From: an uncultured virus (IMG/VR IMGVR_UViG_3300005680_000002)
Lineage: Duplodnaviria > Heunggongvirae > Uroviricota > Caudoviricetes
DNA length: 20,000 bases
Direction: 5' to 3' (one strand)
IMG/VR virus record: IMGVR_UViG_3300005680_000002
Within the stretch, counting starts at the first letter, position 1; each line of letters begins with the position of its first letter. Position numbers and translations under genes: made by a program. Positions 8,767-16,293 of the stretch are shown here, piece by piece. The notes under the pieces were generated by a model. The model saw only the letters and a program-made list of their open reading frames with translations, did no database searches and was not told the DNA's origin.

Positions 8767-9293
8767 GCTGCACTCCCCGTGAGTCCCGCTTTCTCGACCT
8801 CGATCTTGATGCACGTCTCGTCCAGGTAGGCGCGGGCCTCCCGAAGAGTGAGCGAGCCGGCGAGCTTGCGGAGCACGATCGAGCACGCGCGCACGTCGTC
8901 GATGTCCTGCTGGGTGATCTCGTCGTCGAGCTCGAGCAGGCGCGCGAAGCGGGTGATGGGCTCGGTCTGAACGTCCGGCCAGCCCTTGCGCCGCGCGGCG
9001 ACCTCGTAGAACTCGGCAATGCCGCGGATGGCCTGGGCGCTGTTGTGCCAGTCGTTCGTCCCAGGATCGTAGAGGACCGGCTCGCCGCCGGAATACTCGG
9101 CGGTGCCGTCGATCTCGAGCTTGGCGAGGATGCGATCGAGCGGCGCCCACACGCCGTGGATGTTCCATGGGATCAGGCGCAGCGGCAGATCGGCGCGGCT
9201 GGGCTTCTGGCGGGAAGCGCGCGGCGCGCGCCGCATCGCCTTCTCGAACTTGCGGCGGTCGGCGCGGGATAGCGATATTGGTTGGCTGTTCAT
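8763..9293 (-). CDS. Hypothetical phage protein (176 aa)
   Basis: AGGA RBS before ATG 9293 (alternative in-frame GTG at 9395); ATGA overlap with the next gene. Confidence 0.8.
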   Translation of the reverse strand: MNSQPISLSRADRRKFEKAMRRAPRASRQKPSRADLPLRLIPWNIHGVWAPLDRILAKLEIDGTAEYSGGEPVLYDPGTNDWHNSAQAIRGIAEFYEVAARRKGWPDVQTEPITRFARLLELDDEITQQDIDDVRACSIVLRKLAGSLTLREARAYLDETCIKIEVEKAGLTGSAA

Positions 9294-9391
9294 GTAGAAA
9301 TCCTGTTGTCCATGTCCAAGGCTTGCGTGCTGCGGCGCGTTAAATGGCAAGCGCCGCCTGCCGCGCTCTTCGTTCCCATGCGTGGGCGCTG

Positions 9392-9658
9392 TCACGTCGT
9401 CGGCTCCTGAAGAGGCAGGGGTTGCTGCGGCGAGAGCAGCGCGAGGTGCGCCGCTTCCCCGCAAACGGAAAGGTGGTAGTCGAGCAGGCGCAGGCCGTCG
9501 TGGAACTCGACGCTGCGCCCGATCTCTTCGCGCGCCATCTGGCCGAGCCAGCCGGCATGCTTGCCGAGCTTCCGCGATGCGGCCTGCAACTGGATGCCGT
9601 GCGAGCGCAGGTTGAGGGCGACGCGCTGCCAGTCGATGCGGATGCTCGGGGCAGGCAT
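9392..9658 (-). CDS. Small putative HTH DNA-binding protein
   Basis: 88 aa, IDWQRVALNLRSHGIQLQAASRKLG pattern; TAATG coupling to ssb. Confidence 0.7.
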   Translation of the reverse strand: MPAPSIRIDWQRVALNLRSHGIQLQAASRKLGKHAGWLGQMAREEIGRSVEFHDGLRLLDYHLSVCGEAAHLALLSPQQPLPLQEPTT

Positions 9659-10125
9659 TACAGGGCTCTCCAGGCGGCGCCGTGGCCGTGGCGAAGGAAC
9701 GGGATGTCGTCGTTTCCGAAGTCACCGAATCCGCCCTGGCTGCTGCCGGACTGCTGCGGCCGGGCGGGTGCGGCGGCCGAGCGCGGGGCTGGTGCGCGGG
9801 TTTCTTGCTGCTGCCCGTCGCTGGCGAACTCGATCGAGAGGACGCGGCCGACGAGTTTGTACCCGGTGCCGTTGCGACCCTCGAAGGTTTCGATATGCGG
9901 CTCCTCGAGCACGACGTCGACCTGTTTTCCCTTGAGCAAATGGGGGGCGAGTGATTCGGCGCGCTTCCCCCACATAGATGCCTCGATCCACTGCGTAGGG
10001 CGCTTGCCGTCGTCACCCTTGCGGCCGTAGTTGAAGGCCAGCGAGAGGTTGGCGACGGGTTCGTTGCTGGCGGTGTAGCGCAGCTCGGCGTCTTTGCCGA
10101 TGCGGGCGAGTCCGGTGAGGATCAT
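9658..10125 (-). CDS. ssb: Single-stranded DNA-binding protein
   Basis: OB-fold motifs LARIGKDAELRY, LSLAFNYG, TQWIEASMWGKRAE; P/A/Q/G-rich linker; DDIPF near the C-terminus. Confidence 0.93.
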   Translation of the reverse strand: MILTGLARIGKDAELRYTASNEPVANLSLAFNYGRKGDDGKRPTQWIEASMWGKRAESLAPHLLKGKQVDVVLEEPHIETFEGRNGTGYKLVGRVLSIEFASDGQQQETRAPAPRSAAAPARPQQSGSSQGGFGDFGNDDIPFLRHGHGAAWRAL

Positions 10126-10571
10126 TGCGTTGCTTCCTGAGTGGTTGATGCGGCGTTCTTCTTGACCCATCCGGCGCCGCGCCGGGTGTAGCCGAGCATG
10201 GCGGCGGCAATGGGATCGAGGATGGGGCTACGGCGGTTCTTGAAGGTCGTGCGCTTGCGGGCGATGGCGACCTTTTCAGGGTGGGCGGTGCGCCAGCGCT
10301 CGCACTTCTCGGCGTTGGTCATGTTCTGCGGGCGCGGCACATCCACGCCCGCGCCCCAGCGGTAGGTCGGCATCGCCGGTCCTTGCATGCTGCGGGTCCA
10401 GTCGGCGACGTGGATCTCGCCTTTCCGGTAGAGCTTGCGCAGCGTGTCGTGCGCCCAAGTGCGCGATGCGTCGGGGGCCATGGCCCACACGTCGCGCCAT
10501 GTGAGAGCCTCGCCGGATTGCAGGCGGGCGCGCACCTGGGCGCTGATGCGCTTGAGATCGGGGCGGATCAT
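10122..10571 (-). CDS. Hypothetical protein, possible winged-HTH
   Basis: 149 aa, DTLRKLYRKGEIHVADW...PTYRWG; ATGA overlaps at both ends. Confidence 0.75.
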   Translation of the reverse strand: MIRPDLKRISAQVRARLQSGEALTWRDVWAMAPDASRTWAHDTLRKLYRKGEIHVADWTRSMQGPAMPTYRWGAGVDVPRPQNMTNAEKCERWRTAHPEKVAIARKRTTFKNRRSPILDPIAAAMLGYTRRGAGWVKKNAASTTQEATQ

Positions 10572-11530
10572 GCCGACCACCAATCCACGCCGCGGCGGGC
10601 GCAGCCGACCGGAACCAGCGCATAGACGGCCGCCCACGGTGCGCCGGTGCGGATCAAACTCATCGCGGCTTCTCGGGCCTTGTCTTCGGAAAGGAGCGTG
10701 CGCGGCTTGCGCTTGCTGGCGCGCACGAGGTAGCCGGCGGCCGTGTAGCGATCCTGGCCCGACAAGCAAGTGGCGCCGCGCATCGCTTCGCGTTGCAGGC
10801 CCTCGAGCTGGTTGCGCAGATCCACGACCACTGCGGCCTGCTTGAACAGCTCGGCGTCCTGCATGCTGACCTTGTGCTGCAGGTCGTCAATCTTCCCGAC
10901 GACATCGTTGATGCCGTCTTCACCGACTGCGGCCATCATGGCCGCCTCCCACTTCAGGCATGCGCGTTTGTGGGCCTCGCCGAGGTCGTAGATGGCGCGG
11001 ATGTGCTCGACCAGTTCGTCCTGCATCAGCCGGCCCTCGCTATCGCCCACTGCCGCGCGGATGTCGGCCAGCACGCCGATCAGGTGCAAGTGCGCGCGCT
11101 GCTGGTCCTGCTCGGCATCCGACGATTCGCTGAACGCCACGCTGCTCGGGTCGTACTTCGGCGGCGGGATCTGCGGCGGGACGGGCGGCAGGACGCGGAA
11201 GATCTTCGCGGCGCGCGTGCCCTGCCGCATGCCGGCCGGCAGAACGGATTCGCTGATGATGGATGGGGTGCGATCGTCGGGCGATTCCGGCGCAACGTTG
11301 CCAGCGGGGACCTCGAGCGGAACAGCAAGCCAGTACACGAGCTCCTTCTTTTTGCCGCGCTGCTCGCATTCGACTTGGCCGTCGGTGCGCATGGCGTTGA
11401 GTTCCCGGACGACCACGGAAGGGGTGTCGCCTTTACCGATGGCCTGAGCGATGCCTGCGGCCGTGTCTTCGCCAGCAGCGAGGCGATCGGCGATCCGTGT
11501 ACGCAAGGGGGTGTTGTCGCGGGCGTTCAC
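10568..11530 (-). CDS. Modular hypothetical protein (N-terminal wHTH-like, central Ead/Ea22-like coiled coil)
   Basis: GTG at 11530 with GAGG RBS and GTGA overlap; contains WEAAMMAAVGEDG followed by a heptad-rich stretch. Confidence 0.75.
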   Translation of the reverse strand: MNARDNTPLRTRIADRLAAGEDTAAGIAQAIGKGDTPSVVVRELNAMRTDGQVECEQRGKKKELVYWLAVPLEVPAGNVAPESPDDRTPSIISESVLPAGMRQGTRAAKIFRVLPPVPPQIPPPKYDPSSVAFSESSDAEQDQQRAHLHLIGVLADIRAAVGDSEGRLMQDELVEHIRAIYDLGEAHKRACLKWEAAMMAAVGEDGINDVVGKIDDLQHKVSMQDAELFKQAAVVVDLRNQLEGLQREAMRGATCLSGQDRYTAAGYLVRASKRKPRTLLSEDKAREAAMSLIRTGAPWAAVYALVPVGCARRGVDWWSA

Positions 11531-11766
11531 GATGCGGCCTCCTCGCCATTCAGTAGGCGCTCGATGTCCTCGGCTTTCCACACCAGGAAGCGATTCCGCA
11601 GTTTGATGGGGCGCACGCCAAAGTAGTGCCCATCGCGGCAAAGGGCGGAGCGCAGTGTTTGCGGGCGGATGTGCAGGGCGGCTGCGGCCTGCTCGGTTGA
11701 AAGGGTGAGGGGCTTGGTCTGCTCGGCGGCCCTGTCACGCGGCGCGGGTCTGTTGGGGGCGCTCAT
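11527..11766 (-). CDS. Excisionase-like (MerR-fold) DNA-binding protein
   Basis: 79 aa, LSTEQAAAALHIRPQTLR...GHYFGVRPIKLRNRFLVW..EDIERLL. Confidence 0.8.
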   Translation of the reverse strand: MSAPNRPAPRDRAAEQTKPLTLSTEQAAAALHIRPQTLRSALCRDGHYFGVRPIKLRNRFLVWKAEDIERLLNGEEAAS

Positions 11767-12017
11767 TACACAGCCTCCCCGGCGCCCGGACGCAGGGCTT
11801 CAACCTGCTTGGCTGCCTGGGTCTTGGCGCCGTAGGCGATGCGCAGCAGCATTTGCACCGGGCGCGGGATGTTGCGGCCGGACTCGTAGCGACTGCCGGC
11901 GGACTGCCCGACGCCGACAACTGACCAGAACCGCGACTGGTTCAGGCCAGCCTTCTGGCGCATGGCGAGGGCGACTTCGCCGGTGATGGGGGTGAGCTTG
12001 GGGGCTTTGGTGGTCAT
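11766..12017 (-). CDS. XRE-family HTH regulator, RsaL-like
   Basis: 83 aa, MRQKAGLNQSRFWSVVGVGQSAGSRYESGRNIPRPVQMLL. Confidence 0.85.
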   Translation of the reverse strand: MTTKAPKLTPITGEVALAMRQKAGLNQSRFWSVVGVGQSAGSRYESGRNIPRPVQMLLRIAYGAKTQAAKQVEALRPGAGEAV

Positions 12018-12640
12018 GCTGCGTTCCTCATGTCTTGAATGGCGAAGTAGACGTCGCGGCAGGCCTGCACATCGGCCATTGCGCTGTGGGCGTTCTCCAG
12101 GTCGCGGCCTGTGAAGTGGCGGTAGGCTTCCCCGAGGTTCGGTGTCTTGTGATGGAATCGACCGACGGCACGCATGCGGTCGGTGGGTGGGATTGCGCAG
12201 ATCGGCGTAGCCAGGCGGGCGGTGCACTCGGCGCCACCTTCCTTCCAGACGTCAGGCATAGGCTTGGCCCATTCCTCGACGACGTGGTTCTGGTGTCGCA
12301 TCAGCGCGATGCGGATGATCCGGGCATCGAACTGCTCGTTATGAGCGACGCGCGGCCGGTGGAACCAGAGCTCCATGAACATCTCGACGGCCAGCTTCTC
12401 CTGGACGCCGACCGCCTCCGCACGCTCGGTTGTGATGCCATGCACCGCGGCAACCTCGCCGGGTATCGTCCATCCGGCCGGGCGAACGATCACGTCCATG
12501 CTGGCGATGGTCTGGCGCGAATCGGGGTCGACCAGCAACGCGGCGAGCTGGACGATGTGGGGCTGGTGCGGCGCTTCGGACGGAGCCTTGAAGTCGGGCA
12601 GGCCGGTTGTCTCGGTGTCGTAGAATAGGATGGGCTTCAT
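12014..12640 (-). CDS. DEDDh 3'-5' exonuclease (DnaQ-like)
   Basis: YDTETTG (ExoI), AHNEQFD (ExoII), AHSAMADV (ExoIII). Confidence 0.93.
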   Translation of the reverse strand: MKPILFYDTETTGLPDFKAPSEAPHQPHIVQLAALLVDPDSRQTIASMDVIVRPAGWTIPGEVAAVHGITTERAEAVGVQEKLAVEMFMELWFHRPRVAHNEQFDARIIRIALMRHQNHVVEEWAKPMPDVWKEGGAECTARLATPICAIPPTDRMRAVGRFHHKTPNLGEAYRHFTGRDLENAHSAMADVQACRDVYFAIQDMRNAA

Positions 12641-14412
12641 GCTGCCTCCTTGATTTCTCCGCGCGCCACGGTCGTCAGGTGACGGATCAGCGCCGAGCAG
12701 ATCCGCGCAACGTCGCTCTCGAGATACAGCACCGCGGCGCGCTCCTTGCCGGCCGGCTGGATGCCGAGCTGGGCGAGCCCGGCCACACTCAGGGCGATCG
12801 GCGACAGGCGCTGATTGATCTGGCCGAGCGTGATCCGCGCGCCGGTATCGGCCGGCTGTTCGGCTTGCTGCGGAGCCGGGGCGGACATCGCTTTGAGTTC
12901 CGCTGCATGCTTTGCGGCATCGGCCTGCATCGCCTGTTCGCGCGCCTCGGCCTCAGTGCGTAGCCGGATGCGCTCGGCTGCCGACGCCTCAAGCGCCTTG
13001 GCTTGCTCTTCCGCGCGAATCCGCTCGCGCTCGGCTTGGGCGATGCGCTCGGCCTCACGCTGCGCCTTGGCTTCTTCCTCGCGGCGGATCTTCTCGCGCT
13101 CGGCCTCCAGGCGCTTCGCCTCGGCGTCTGCGCGCTGCTGCCTGCGCATCGCGTAGAGCGCGGCGAAGTCGTCGGGCGCCTTCGTGCAGATCGCGCCGAA
13201 GTCGGGCAGCAGACTCATGTCCTCGACCGTCTTGCGGTTGGCGTCGATGCGGTCGGCGATAGCGTTGGCTTCGATCTTGGCGTTGGCGAGTGCGGTCGAT
13301 ACCTTGTCGCGCATGCTGTCCAGGCTCTTGAGCCCTTTCACGGCGTCGGCGAAGTACGACACGCCCACGGCAGGAATCCACTCACCGCCGACGCGCCGGC
13401 ACAGGGCGGACCAGTGATCGCCATACGCCTTGCGTGCCTGAGCGACGATCTCGGCCTTCCGATTCTCCTTCTCCGCCTTCACCAGCTTGTCGAGCGTGAG
13501 CCGCTTCTGCCGGGCCTCTTCCTTGATCGCGTCGATCGTGCGGAACAGCGATTCGATGCTGTCCGTCTGCGACAGCGCGTGCTGCTTCGCGGCATCAAGC
13601 CGGTCCTCGACTTCCTTGCACCACTTCACCGTCTTCTCGGCGTCGGCGAAGTCGGCATCGGTCTGGAGGTCGGTCTTGATCCCGCCGAAGACCGCCAGGG
13701 CGTGTTCGCGGAACGCGGCCAGGTTGCTTGCCGTCACCATGCCGGTGACTTCGATCCGCAGCGCAGGAAGTGCCTCGGGGGCCGCGCCTGCCGGTTTCAC
13801 GGTCTCGGGCTCGGGCGCATATGCGGCCACGTCCTCGGCGAACTGCGCCCAGCCCGCGACGATGCGCTCGCGCAGCGCGGGATGCGACTCGTACCACACG
13901 CCGAACGTGTTCTCCGGCGTGCCGTCGCTGGCCGTGAAGTAGATGCGATCAGCGCCCGACACCATCAGCTGCTGTTCCATCTGGACGGTGTAGTGCTCGT
14001 CCAGCGTGCCGGCCTCGACCGCGGCGCGCAGATCCTGGTTCAGCAGCTTGGTTTCCCAGCCCACATCGCCCATCATCGTCAGACCGTCCATCGAGGCCAG
14101 CAGCGGAAGGCCGTTGACGTCAGCGGTCATCGTGATCGGGTAGAGGTCATCTCCGAGATGGCTTTCCACGATCGGGCGCGCTGCGGCTTCTGCCTCGTGC
14201 CCGGCGTCGAAGCGGCGCTGCGTGCCGGCGTCGATCTCTTCGGCCAGGCCGGTCGCTTTGCGCTTGATGAGGTCGGCGCGCGTCTGGTACTTCGACACGC
14301 CGAGCATCGCGCTCGCCTCAGAGGCGGTGTAGTGCTTGGCGCGCAGGGTATGCCACGCCTCGGAGCCCTGTGCGCACTCGTGCGTGATGCGGTTGGTGAT
14401 GGTGATGTTCAT
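12637..14412 (-). CDS. YqaJ/lambda-exo-like exonuclease with a long coiled-coil C-terminus
   Basis: QGSEAWHTLR, TASEA, GHEAEAAAR, ASMDG, WETK motifs; located immediately downstream of bet. Confidence 0.9.
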   Translation of the reverse strand: MNITITNRITHECAQGSEAWHTLRAKHYTASEASAMLGVSKYQTRADLIKRKATGLAEEIDAGTQRRFDAGHEAEAAARPIVESHLGDDLYPITMTADVNGLPLLASMDGLTMMGDVGWETKLLNQDLRAAVEAGTLDEHYTVQMEQQLMVSGADRIYFTASDGTPENTFGVWYESHPALRERIVAGWAQFAEDVAAYAPEPETVKPAGAAPEALPALRIEVTGMVTASNLAAFREHALAVFGGIKTDLQTDADFADAEKTVKWCKEVEDRLDAAKQHALSQTDSIESLFRTIDAIKEEARQKRLTLDKLVKAEKENRKAEIVAQARKAYGDHWSALCRRVGGEWIPAVGVSYFADAVKGLKSLDSMRDKVSTALANAKIEANAIADRIDANRKTVEDMSLLPDFGAICTKAPDDFAALYAMRRQQRADAEAKRLEAEREKIRREEEAKAQREAERIAQAERERIRAEEQAKALEASAAERIRLRTEAEAREQAMQADAAKHAAELKAMSAPAPQQAEQPADTGARITLGQINQRLSPIALSVAGLAQLGIQPAGKERAAVLYLESDVARICSALIRHLTTVARGEIKEAA

Positions 14413-15311
14413 CGTGCGGCCTCCGTGCTTTCGTAGTCTTCAATCCAGCCGTCGTCATCGGCCTGGGCGTTCTGCTCGGGCGCGTCGATGATTTCGGGGG
14501 GCGTTTCCTGCTTGGGTTGCGCTGCGGCGCGAATCGCGGATTTCTGAGCGTCGGACAGCACGCCCTTGGTGCTGACGATCGCAATGATCTGGTCGGCCGT
14601 CTTGGCGCCGGACTGCATCAGGGCGGACCACTTCGGCAGGTTGTCGGCGAAAGCCGATTGCGAGTAGTCGGGCAGGGCGGCCGGCGCTGCGGCTTGTGCT
14701 TGGCGGCTGCTGACGACCTCGGCGGCGCCCATGTCCTTCTCAATGATGCGCTCGGCCTCGTCCTGGTCGTAGATGCCGCCATATCCAAAGGCCATCCGAG
14801 CGCACTGAATCATTGCTTTGTGCCGCAAGAACCGTTTCGGGTGTGTCTGCCACGGGCCGATAACAGGCCCGAACTTGCCTTTGAATGGCTCGCGGTATGT
14901 TTCGTCCAGGTACTCACGAATGATGACCGGGCGAGCCCGATCTTTCCGGTACATAGCACACTCAATCCATGCCGGCGCGTCGCTGTTGGCTCCAGGCATC
15001 CTCACCATCTCGTCGGACTGTGAGAACTCCATGCCGTCGAATTGAGGGTTGTCGTTGATGATTCGCGCCCAGCCATCCACGCCAACAACCGGGACAATCC
15101 CGTTGTTTTTGTCGGGGAAGGCGTAAATCTCTTTCGTCCATGGGTTCAGGCCGTACTGGTTTGCGACAACCATCAGCGCAGTCATCTGCGCGTTGGTGAC
15201 TTCGCCCTTGAAGGCAGTAGCCTTCAGCGTTTCAATCAAGTCGCTGCCGTCATCGCCCATGTCCAGCTTTGCCGCCAGCTTGCTGGTCAGCGTTGTCAGT
15301 GCGGTGCTCAT
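14409..15311 (-). CDS. bet: Phage recombination protein Bet (Red-beta-type single-strand annealing protein)
   Basis: VANQYGLNPWTKEIYAFPDK..GIVPVVGVDGWARIIN and LRHKAMIQCARMAFG..GIYDQDEAERI; GGAG RBS before ATG 15311. Confidence 0.95.
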   Translation of the reverse strand: MSTALTTLTSKLAAKLDMGDDGSDLIETLKATAFKGEVTNAQMTALMVVANQYGLNPWTKEIYAFPDKNNGIVPVVGVDGWARIINDNPQFDGMEFSQSDEMVRMPGANSDAPAWIECAMYRKDRARPVIIREYLDETYREPFKGKFGPVIGPWQTHPKRFLRHKAMIQCARMAFGYGGIYDQDEAERIIEKDMGAAEVVSSRQAQAAAPAALPDYSQSAFADNLPKWSALMQSGAKTADQIIAIVSTKGVLSDAQKSAIRAAAQPKQETPPEIIDAPEQNAQADDDGWIEDYESTEAAR

Positions 15312-15514
15312 TTCAATTTCTCCAGCCATCGGTCAAATGCGATCCGGCTTTCGCCGTTCCGCTTCCTGTGCTCCGGGTGCGCCGCCTCAAACTGCCGGCG
15401 CTTCTGTTCGACCCACTCGGAGAGGGTCAGGTGACGGCCGTCGGTGCGGCGGTCATAGGCTACGATCCGCGTGATGTGCGGCGGCAGGACGGTGGCGTTG
15501 CGCTGGACCGTCAT
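15308..15514 (-). CDS. Hypothetical protein (68 aa)
   Basis: ATGA overlaps on both sides. Confidence 0.65.
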   Translation of the reverse strand: MTVQRNATVLPPHITRIVAYDRRTDGRHLTLSEWVEQKRRQFEAAHPEHRKRNGESRIAFDRWLEKLK

Positions 15515-15747
15515 GAAAGCCACCACGGCATCGTTGCCAGTGCGCCGACGAAGGCCACGAAGACCGCGACGCCGATCACCGCGTCGCGCAACTCGACCCG
15601 CTCGCTCCGGTCGGCGACGAATGGGATGCGCCGTTGCTTGCGCGGCGTCTCGCGCGGAAAACGAAAGTGATCCGGGTTCGCGCGCTCGATGCGCTGCAAC
15701 TGACGTTCGCGCCTGAGCTTCATTTGCTCACTGATGGTCTGACTCAT
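15511..15747 (-). CDS. Small protein with a C-terminal transmembrane helix
   Basis: 78 aa; basic N-terminus, hydrophobic AVIGVAVFVAFVGALATMPWW; ATGA-coupled. Confidence 0.7.
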   Translation of the reverse strand: MSQTISEQMKLRRERQLQRIERANPDHFRFPRETPRKQRRIPFVADRSERVELRDAVIGVAVFVAFVGALATMPWWLS

Positions 15748-15854
15748 GACTCGTTGTCCTTGTCCTGCCGGTTGATCCGAAAGAGGCGCGCGACCAGGAG
15801 CCCGGCCCCGAGCCACACGACAAACACCACGCCGATCAGCGCTACGCCGTTCAT
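15744..15854 (-). CDS. 36-aa single-pass membrane peptide
   Basis: MNGVALIGVVFVVWLGAGLLVARLFRINRQDKDNES; ATGA overlaps on both sides. Confidence 0.65.
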   Translation of the reverse strand: MNGVALIGVVFVVWLGAGLLVARLFRINRQDKDNES

Positions 15855-16186
15855 GCGAATGCCCGCCGAAACTCTGCGCGGTCGGCCGCGCGATCTTCTT
15901 CGTGCCGGCGGCGCTCCTCGCGCTGCTTCCGCTCCAGCTCTTGTTCGGCCTCGCGCTCTGCCAGCTCGGCGAGCACGCGACGGATCGCCTTGTCGGTCGC
16001 CTGAAAGTGAGCGATCGGATCGCCGCTGCAGTACGCAGCCGTGATCGCGGCGTATTCTTCGTCGTAGAGACACACCCCAGCCTCTCCGGCCCTGTTCGTT
16101 TCCTTGGCCCACTGATCGACCAAGCTCCGCGCCATTGCTTCCAGCGCAATCGCGTGAAGTTCGGGGTTGTTCTCGCTGCGGTGCAT
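15851..16186 (-). CDS. Hypothetical protein with a charged C-terminal helix
   Basis: AGGAG 6 nt before ATG 16186 (alternative in-frame starts at 16192 and 16297). Confidence 0.75.
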   Translation of the reverse strand: MHRSENNPELHAIALEAMARSLVDQWAKETNRAGEAGVCLYDEEYAAITAAYCSGDPIAHFQATDKAIRRVLAELAEREAEQELERKQREERRRHEEDRAADRAEFRRAFA

Positions 16187-16213
16187 GTCCATCTCCTGGT
16201 GGATCCCTTCGAG

Positions 16214-16249
16214 AAAAAACCCGGGCGCGGTCTTCGCGGAGTCGCCCGG
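16214..16249 (-). terminator. Putative intrinsic terminator
   Basis: Minus strand reads CCGGGCG-15 nt-CGCCCGG-G-TTTTTT, just after the first gene of the leftward operon. Confidence 0.5.
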
Positions 16250-16293
16250 CAATCCAGCCGCGTCTGGCGCTTCTCTTGGGGAGGTGATCGGTG

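Noticed and set aside
8579..9019. N-terminal extension of the MTase in the ORF track (741 aa)
   Set aside because: Overlaps two better-supported genes; motif I begins right after GTG 8578.
9294..9395. Separate small gene or TraR/DksA-like remnant (DSAHAWERRARQAALAI)
   Set aside because: Too short, with no start codon or Cys motif; it may simply be an N-terminal extension of the 8763 gene.
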